Positions 56,609-64,000 of a stretch of DNA of 64,000 bases are shown in pieces; positions within the stretch are counted from its first letter, which is position 1; each line of letters opens with the position of its first letter. The stretch spans positions 62,001-126,000 of the forward strand of contig NIVC01002022.1 of assembly GCA_002269645.1 (NCBI GenBank), read 5' to 3'. A program made the translations under genes and the position numbers. The DNA is from Macrostomum lignano (taxonomy: Eukaryota). A model generated the notes under the pieces. The model ran no database searches. It saw only the letters and a list, made by a program, of their open reading frames with translations, and was not told where the DNA came from.

Positions 56609-59600
56609 ATGTCAACATTTCGGTCTTCTTATCGCGAAGCAACAACGCCTACAGGTGCATCTGCAGCAGCTGGTCCGGTAAACTTCAGCGCCAGCTTAGA
56701 TCGTCAGTCGGTTTCCATGGATACGCTGAATAGACAGATGCACAGAGGCAGAGCTGTGAGGGTCAGGCAAGCTCTGTTTCCCGAGACTGTTGGTGCAGAG
56801 GCTGAGCAGATGGCTGGCTTGGAGACTCTCACAAGAGGTCGACGGAGACTGCCAACCAGTGTGCAACAGTTGGCTGAGCCGGCGCAGGTGAGAGAGTGAT
56901 AATAAAAATTGATGTGGTTGCACCGGTTGTAATTATAAAACTACTTGACATTTTTTTCTTAAATCTATTTTCGGAATTGTTTTCAAAATCTATTTTTAGA
57001 ATCGCCTTTTGTAATCGCCTCCAATCTATTTTTAGGATGGCTCTTCAGTCTATTTTCTTAGAATCGCCTTCTAATCTATTTTTAGAATCGCCTCCCACAT
57101 TCTATTTTTAGATTGGTCCTCTAATATATTATAAAAAATCGCCTTCAAATCTATTTTTAGAATCGCCTTCACCAATATAGTTTTTAGAATCGCCTCCCCA
57201 ATCTATTTTTAGAATCGCCTCCTCCAATCTATTTTTAGAATCGCCTCCTCTAATCTATTTTTAGAATCGCCTCCTCCAATCTATTTTTAGAATCGCCTCC
57301 TCTAATCTATTTTTAGAATCGCCTCCTCCAATCTATTTTTAGAATCGCCTCCTCTAATCTATTTTTAGAATCGCCCTACAATATATTTTTAAAATCGCCC
57401 TCTTTTCTTTTTTTAAAATCGCCCTTTAGTCTATTTTTATAATCGTCTTCAATAATTGCTTTTTAATCTTAGATTACATGAGAACATTTCTTTTTTGGAG
57501 TTGCCCTGTTTAAAGCCTAACCAAAATAACCCTTCTTTAACCCCTTGCTCACGAACCGCCCTCTGCACAATGTACCCTTCTCCCTAATCCCCGCAGATAC
57601 TTCGCACAGCCGTAGTTAATCTGATCAATTACCAAGAGGACGCAGACGTGGCACTGCACGCGGCAGCGGAACTGGCTCGCCTGCTAGGCAGCTCAGATCC
57701 GGTCACCTGTCAGCGGGCCGCCTCCCTGACTCTGCAATTGTCTAAGAAGCAGGCCTGCCGATTGGCATTCGCTGTTCAAGTCGATCTCATTGAGGCCCTA
57801 CTAATAGTAGTGCAAACTGCACAGTCGGTTGAGGCGCTTCGATTCGCTGTTGGCGCCCTGTGCCACATCTGTCAGGCTGAGCAGGGCTGCGCCACTGTTT
57901 ATCAGTGCGGCAGAGTTCGCGCCGTGCCTGAGCTGCTGCGCTTGTTGGGTGAGGTCACAGACGGCGGATGGGGAGAGGCTGGGAGCTCAGAATAACTAAC
58001 TACCTAACAGCAGGTGATGAAGGAGAGAGGCTGAGAGTAGCTACTCAACAGCAGATGATGAAGGAGAGAGGCTGAGAGTAGCTACTCAACAGGAGGTGAT
58101 GAAGGAGAGAGGCTGAGAGTAGCTACTCAACAGCCAGATGATGAAGGAGAGAGGCTGAGAGTAGCTACTCAACAGCCAGATGATGAAGGAGAGAGGCTGA
58201 CAACAACAACAACAACAAAATACGCTGTCATGATGGTAAAAGTCAGCGTCACAGGGCGCGCTTCATGGCTTGGGCGCGAACAAAGGCCGCGCCACCGGCA
58301 GTGTCCGGGGCGCCGGCGTCAGCCAGCAGACAGTCGACATAACGCCGAGTTCGCGCTTGACCTCGCCGGTAGGGTGCCTGCAGCGTGAGCTCCTGGACTC
58401 CTTTGAGACATCCTCCGGAGTGCTTCAGGGAGATACGCTGGCGCCGTTTCTGTTCGTCCTGGTGCTTGACTGGGTGCTGCGGACTGCTCTTCCTACCGAC
58501 GACGACGGTTTTCTGCTGCAGCGACGCGTGGGTCGACGTCAACCGGAGAAGCGGCTCAGCGTGCTTGGCTACGCCGACGACCTCGCCCTGCTGTCCTCGA
58601 CCGTCGAGGGCGCCCAACGGCAGCTGGACAGGCTGGTTGCCGTTGCGGCGAGTGTCGGCCTGGTGGTCAACACGCAGAAGACCGTTGTGCTCTGCGTGCC
58701 GGACGACATCGAGGCTGCAATATTTTGCCGAGGCGCTGACGGGCAGGCGACCGAACTCCCGCGATGTCAGCAGTTCGTCTACCTCGGCGGTCTGGTTCCA
58801 GACGCTCGCGAGGCTGACAGTAGCTACTCAACAGCAGGTGATGGAGGAGAGAGGCTGAGAGTAGCTACTCAACAGCCAGATGATGAAGGAGAGAGGCTGA
58901 GAGTAGCTACTCAACAGCCAGATGATGAAGGAGAGGCTGAGAGTAGGTACTCAACAGCCAGATGATGGAGAGAGGCTGAGAGTAGCTACTCAACAGCTAG
59001 ATGATGAAGGAGAGAGGCTGAGAGTAGCTACTCAACAGCCAGATGATGGAGAGAGGCTGAGAGTAGCTACTCAACAGCTAGATGATGAAGGAGAGAGGCT
59101 GAGAGTAGCTACTCAACAGCCAGATGATGGAGAGAGGCTGAGAGTAGCTACTCAACAGCCAGATGATGAAGGAGAGAGGCTGAGAGTAGCTACTCAACAT
59201 CAAGTGATGGAGGAGAAAGGCTGAGAGTAGCTACATAACATCAGGTGATGGAGGAGAGAGGCTGATCGAGAGCAGCTACTCAACATCAGGTAATGGAGGA
59301 GAGAGGCTGATTGAGAGTAGCTACTCAACAGCAGGTGATGGAGGAGAGAGGCTGATCGAGAGTAGCTACTCAACAGCAGGTGATGGAGGAGAGAGGCTGA
59401 TCGAGAGTAGCTACTCAACAGCAGGTGATGAAGGAGAGAGGCTGAGAGTAGCTACTCAACAGCAGGTGATGGAGGAGAGAGGCTGATCGAGAGTAGCTAC
59501 TCAACAGCAGGTGATGGAAGAGAGAGGCTGATTGAGAGTAGCTACTCAACAGCAGGTGATGGAGGAGAGAGGCTGATCGAGAGTAGCTACTCAACAGCAG

Positions 59601-62600
59601 GTGATGGAGGAGAGAGGCTGATCGAGAGTAGCTACTCAACAGCAGGTGATGGAGAAGAGAGGCTGAGAGTAGCTACATAACATCAGGTGATAAAGGAGAG
59701 AGGCTGATCGAGAGTAGCTACTCAACAGCATATGATGAAGGATAGAGGCTGGGAAGGGTCAATATTGGTGCGATAGGTGTAATGTAATCAGTGTTTTGTA
59801 TTCATATAACTATATGGCATGTACGATGCCAATGCTGCACAGGTAGCACGGATATCCGCACCCGGAACTACGCTCTCACCTGTCTGCACCACCTGCTGGT
59901 TCACCTGGAGGAGGCGCGTAACGAAGCCAGGATGGCTTCCGGTGCTCAGGTGCTCTCTGAGCTGCTTCTGAGCATTGTGTCCACCAGCTGGCAGCAAGCC
60001 TCTGTGTCCTCGCCTCCGCCACCGATGTCGCCGCCACTGTCTGCAGCTTCCACAGGTTCCGGTTCGGAAGCTCAGCAGCAGCAGAAACTGATGGCCGTTT
60101 GCATTGACTCTCTGCAGTTGCTGGCTTTTGGTATGCATTTGTGTTGTGATGAGGTATATTAATACATCAAGTACATGCAGGTCTGTGGGCACCCTTGCGG
60201 AACCCTTGTGTTAAGTAATACAAGAATGTTATAAAATTATTACGTAAGAATAGTTGGATGACGTCACGTCCTTTTCCCGACAGCCAATCAGGAGAGCAAA
60301 CTGGTTCTGCTAAGCTGCGGCGCTGTGGACCAGCTGGTTAATTTATTGCTAACAAGTCGTTACGAAAAGCTGCTATTCTCAACTAGTCGCTTATTAAAAG
60401 TGCTATCGGTTGAGCCAAGCTGCAAGTCAGCCATATTAGCCGCAGGCGGTATTACTGCTCTGGGACGGCACTTGAAATCGACTGGCTCGGAGAGACTGGT
60501 TATGAATGCGCTCTGGACTATTAGAAATCTTAGCGATCAGGTAAAAGTGTTTGACCTGGAACCCTACCCCTTTCCTCTGGAATCTTACCTTTTTCACCTA
60601 TAATCCCACCTGTTTCCCTGGAATCCTACCTGTTTCCCCTGGAATCCTACCTGTTTCTCCTGGAATTCTACCTGTTTCCCCTAGAATCCTACGTTTCCTC
60701 TTGAATCCTACCTGTTTCCTTGGAATCTTACCTGTTTCACATGGAATTCTACCTGTTTCTCCTGGAATCCTACCTGTTTCCCTGGAATCCTACCTGTTTC
60801 CCCTGGAATCCTACCTGTTTCCCCTGGAATCCCACCTGTTTCCCCTAGAATCCTACGTTTCCTCTTGAATCCTACCTGTTTCCCCTGGAATCTTACCTGT
60901 TTCACATGGAATTCTACCTGTTTCTCCTGGAATCCTACCTGTTTCCCTGGAATCCTACCTGTTTCAATTGGAATCTTAGCTGTTTTACTTGAAATCCTTC
61001 CGGTTTCCCCTGGAATATTTCCTGTTTTCGCTTGAATCCTTCCTGTTTCCCTGGAATATTTCTTGTTTTCGCTTGAATCTTTCCTGTTTCACATTGAATC
61101 CTACCTGTTTTGCATAGAATCCTACCTGTTTTACATGGAGTCCTACCTGTTTTACATGGAATCCTACCTGTTTCCCTGGAGTCCTACCTTTTCCCCTGGA
61201 ATTCTACCTTAAGGATCCCACTTGTCTTAATTTTACCCACCCTAAAACTACAGGCCTTCACACTGAATCAGCCGCTCGATCAGCTTCTAGTAGACCTAAT
61301 CGGCCTGTTAGCTTCGCCGGACATCGACTGCGTCACCTGCGCGGCGGGCATACTGTGCAACTTGACCTGCCGAAATCGACGAAATAAATTTGTTGTCACC
61401 TCGTCTGGCGGCGCCGGCGCTCTATCGCTAACTCTCCTAGCCACTCAGGATCGCGAAGAGATTGCCGAACCGTTAATGTGCGCCCTGCGTCATATTACTC
61501 ACGATCATGAACAGGTTAGTAGTGTGTAAAGCATCTTATTGTCGATTTTTATCGAAAACTCAAAAAACATCAGTAAACAGTCTACAACCCCTTTGAGGAA
61601 TATAAATAGAGTCGCGTTCTCGGTCCTCTCAATCTGATTGGACGACACGCTGCCGAAGCTTCTGAATCCAGCCAATCTCGTAAATACCATATTATTTAGG
61701 CTTGCGCAGCTGCCGATGCTGTTCTATCGCACGGGCTGGCCTGCACTCTTGGCGAGCTGCTACATCGGGCAGCTGTCGTTGCCGATGCCACCACCGTTGG
61801 AGTAGGCGTCAGCGTCGCCAACGACGAGCCAGGAGGTCCCGCTGCCAGTCGGCCGTTGGTGAAGGTCAGTGCTGGCTAGTTGACATGGCACCTTTTCTTC
61901 TGGATCCTTTCTTCAGCTTTTGTGCTGCTTCATCCTTGAATCTGCTTCTCCGCTCCATCAGTGCTTGAGAATCTGCCTCTCCGCTCCATCAGTGCTTGAG
62001 AATCTGCCTCTCCGCTCCATCAGTGCTTGAGAATCTGCCTCTCCCCGATCTCCGCAGGCCGCTCTGGGCCTCTGCCGGAACCTGTCGCTCCACGCTGCCG
62101 GCCGCGCCGCCCTCCACGCCGAGTCCGCCCCGGCCGCAGCCTCCGCCATCGCGGCCGCCACTTTGGCTCGCGGCATAGACGCCCTCCTCGACGATGCCGG
62201 CTCGATAGCGTCTGCTGGCGGCGCCGACGACGGCGTCAGAGCCGAGGAGGTCCTTGAGGCCGCCTTGGCCTGCCTGCACTCTCTTGCCGGCGGCGCCGAC
62301 GGCGAGGGCGACGGCGAAACCGACCCGATCGAAGCTCGCCGCCAACGTGACGCCGTAGCAGCCGCGGTGCGCAGCCGGCCGGGCCTGCCCGACTCTGTCG
62401 CCGAATTGGCCGCCGGCGGCGTTGTCGGCAGCAGCTGCGTCGGTCCGGCTGGCGACCTGCTGGAACGTCTGGCTACGGCGAATGCCGCCACTGGTTCAAC
62501 TTCGGCTACGCTGCAGCGCAGGCCAGCTGTGGAGCTGACGGATGAGCAGCAGCAGCAACGCCATCTCAGCGACAGATCTTCCGTTCTTGACGTTCCAGAC

Positions 62601-63618
62601 GTTTCCGTCCGGCCCTACCGATACGGTGAGGAGAACTCCATGCCCCCACTCCAGCCACACACACTGAGAATCGCCCCCACTTCAGCCACACACACTGAGA
62701 ATCGCCCCCACTCCAGCCACACACACTGAGAATCGCCCCCACTCCAGCCACACACACTGAGAATCCCCCCACACACACTGAGAATCCCCCACACACACAC
62801 TGAGAATCCCCCCACACACACTGAGAATCCCCCCACACACACTGAGAATCCCCCACACACACTGAGAATCGCCCCCACACACACTGAGAATCGCCCCCAC
62901 TCCAGCCACACACACTAAGAATCGCCCCCTCTCCAGCCACACACACTAAGAATCGCCCCCTCTCCAGCCACACACACTGAGAATCGCCCCCACTCCAGCC
63001 ACACACACTGAGAATCCCCCACACACACTGAGAATCCCCCACACACACTGAGAATCGCCCCCACTCCAGCCACACACTGAGAATCCCCCCACTTCAGCCA
63101 CACACACTGAGAATCGCCCCCCACTCCAGCCACACACTGAGAATCACCCCTCTTGCAACCCTTGAAAATCAGAATCTGCAACACATAAAAGCAGCATAAC
63201 AAAGAAATGTAATTCAAAATTCTCTCATTTGTTTTACTAGGGTCCGGTGCCGTTGTGTAGTCTCAAAGTGGCCTATTGCTTCGCCTATTTAATATTATAT
63301 AATTAGATTGTTTTATTATCATTGATAATTTTCACATAATGATTGGTTAGTTAATGCTTGCACAAAGGATGCACACAAAAGTAATAAAAACAACTAATTG
63401 GGCCACACGATGCAATTCCGTACTAATATAGAGACATATTTACTCTCGCCGTTTACCCAAAACATTTTTAACGCAATTCCGTAGATCCCGAAAGAAGCGG
63501 GGCCACTCTACCTGTTAACTATGCTGCTCAGTTGCCGCCCAGCTACCACACCTATCAGCAGGAGCAGCAACTGCAGCCAGAGCCGCCGCAGCACTGGTAT
63601 AACACTGCCAAGATATGA
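56609..63618 (+). CDS. CTNNB1: Divergent beta-catenin/armadillo paralog, 8 exons, about 767 aa
   Basis: Exons 56609..56887, 57597..57948, 59843..60130, 60284..60540, 61254..61514, 61700..61864, 62058..62625 and 63485..63618 (2304 nt, frame-consistent). Motifs: [117 protein letters not shown]-terminal HWYNTAKI. The symbol denotes the family; one-to-one orthology is not established, and the last exon choice is less certain. Confidence 0.9.
56990..57430. repeat. Minisatellite, about 28-bp unit AGAATCGCCTCCTCTAATCTATTTTT (beta-catenin intron 1)
   Basis: Tandem variants with an AATCGCC core. Confidence 0.92.
58010..59750. repeat. Minisatellite, about 39-45-bp unit GAGAGTAGCTACTCAACAGCAGGTGATGGAGGAGAGAGGCTGA, interrupted by the LINE insertion (beta-catenin intron 2)
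   Basis: The array continues on both sides of 58203..58809. Confidence 0.95.
58203..58809 (-). mobile_element. 5'-truncated, 5'-inverted RTE-type non-LTR retrotransposon insertion in beta-catenin intron 2
   Basis: 58203..~58384 on the minus strand encodes the ORF C-terminus ([21 protein letters not shown]), a short 3'UTR and a (TTG)n tail. ~58385..58809 on the plus strand encodes the RT core ([43 protein letters not shown]). Flanked by GAGGCTGACA at 58193..58202 and 58810..58819. Confidence 0.85.
60560..61205. repeat. Minisatellite, about 20-21-bp unit GGAATCCTACCTGTTTCCCCT (beta-catenin intron 4)
   Basis: Tandem variants starting about 20 bp after the donor. Confidence 0.93.
61958..62045. 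repeat. 31-bp unit x about 3 (CAGTGCTTGAGAATCTGCCTCTCCGCTCCAT), beta-catenin intron 6
   Basis: Direct tandem copies just before the acceptor. Confidence 0.85.
62640..63150. repeat. Minisatellite GAATCGCCCCCACTCCAGCCACACACACTGA and shorter variants (beta-catenin intron 7)
   Basis: Starts about 15 bp after the donor. Confidence 0.94.
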
Positions 63619-64000
63619 TATGAATGATTGCTGGCTTACACGTTGACCGTGTGTTTTTATTGTTGACTGTGTACAAGCTCCACATAAATGATTATTCTAA
63701 GCCTCTCGTTCATGCATAAATTTTCCAGTTTATGTATATGTTGATACTTAAGATTATGTTTTTTTAAACTGTGATATTATATAGCCTGTTATCTGTTCTT
63801 AAATAATTTTACTAAATGCTATATTAAATCTTGTGATTTAAGAATGGAAGTTTGAAAATTATCATTAGCTAAATCCGATTTTAGCGGAATTCTTATTTTA
63901 TTGTATTTTCTTTTATTGCTAATAATAATGTTTCCAAGCCTGTATCTTCTAATTCTTGCCTTCAAAATCGTGTTTTTCTAAACTATTATTGTAATTGCCG

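Noticed and set aside
467-63150. Regularly spaced repeats as CRISPR arrays
   Set aside because: The units are head-to-tail with no unique spacers, there are no cas genes, and the context is eukaryotic introns.
62566-63217. Repeat ORFs on the minus strand
   Set aside because: Artefact of the beta-catenin intron 7 array.
63241-63260. Alternative last beta-catenin exon after TTTACTAG
   Set aside because: It gives a stop after six codons. The 63485 acceptor yields a frame ending in WYNTAKI, resembling the family C-terminus.

Overview
Eukaryotic (animal) genomic DNA, not prokaryotic. It has GC/CpG-rich exons with GT-AG introns, and roughly a quarter of the window (my rough sum is about 18 kb) is made of more than 25 different minisatellite arrays. 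This architecture plus 3' splice acceptors just before several ATGs suggests a flatworm such as Macrostomum (inference, not verified). Seven spliced or intronless protein genes were reconstructed by hand with frame-consistent splice sites. Minus strand: a DAO/TDA3-like FAD oxidoreductase, PSMB4, a coiled-coil low-complexity protein with a shugoshin-like N-terminal motif, and an intact 796-aa PHD + repeat linker + FLYWCH + MULE transposase gene. Plus strand: DPH6 with RidA-like domains, ACBD5, and a divergent beta-catenin paralog with no visible N-terminal phosphodegron. The 20-43 kb interval is mostly an AT-rich, CpG-depleted transposon graveyard. It holds a TSD-flanked non-autonomous hAT, a 9-bp-TSD MITE, a Penelope GIY-YIG relic and a Helentron-like end. 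Elsewhere there are Kolobok-like MITEs, two tRNA-derived SINE families (one CORE-like) and a 5'-inverted (twin-primed) RTE-type LINE insertion with TSD. No CRISPR array, rRNA or true tRNA gene was found.
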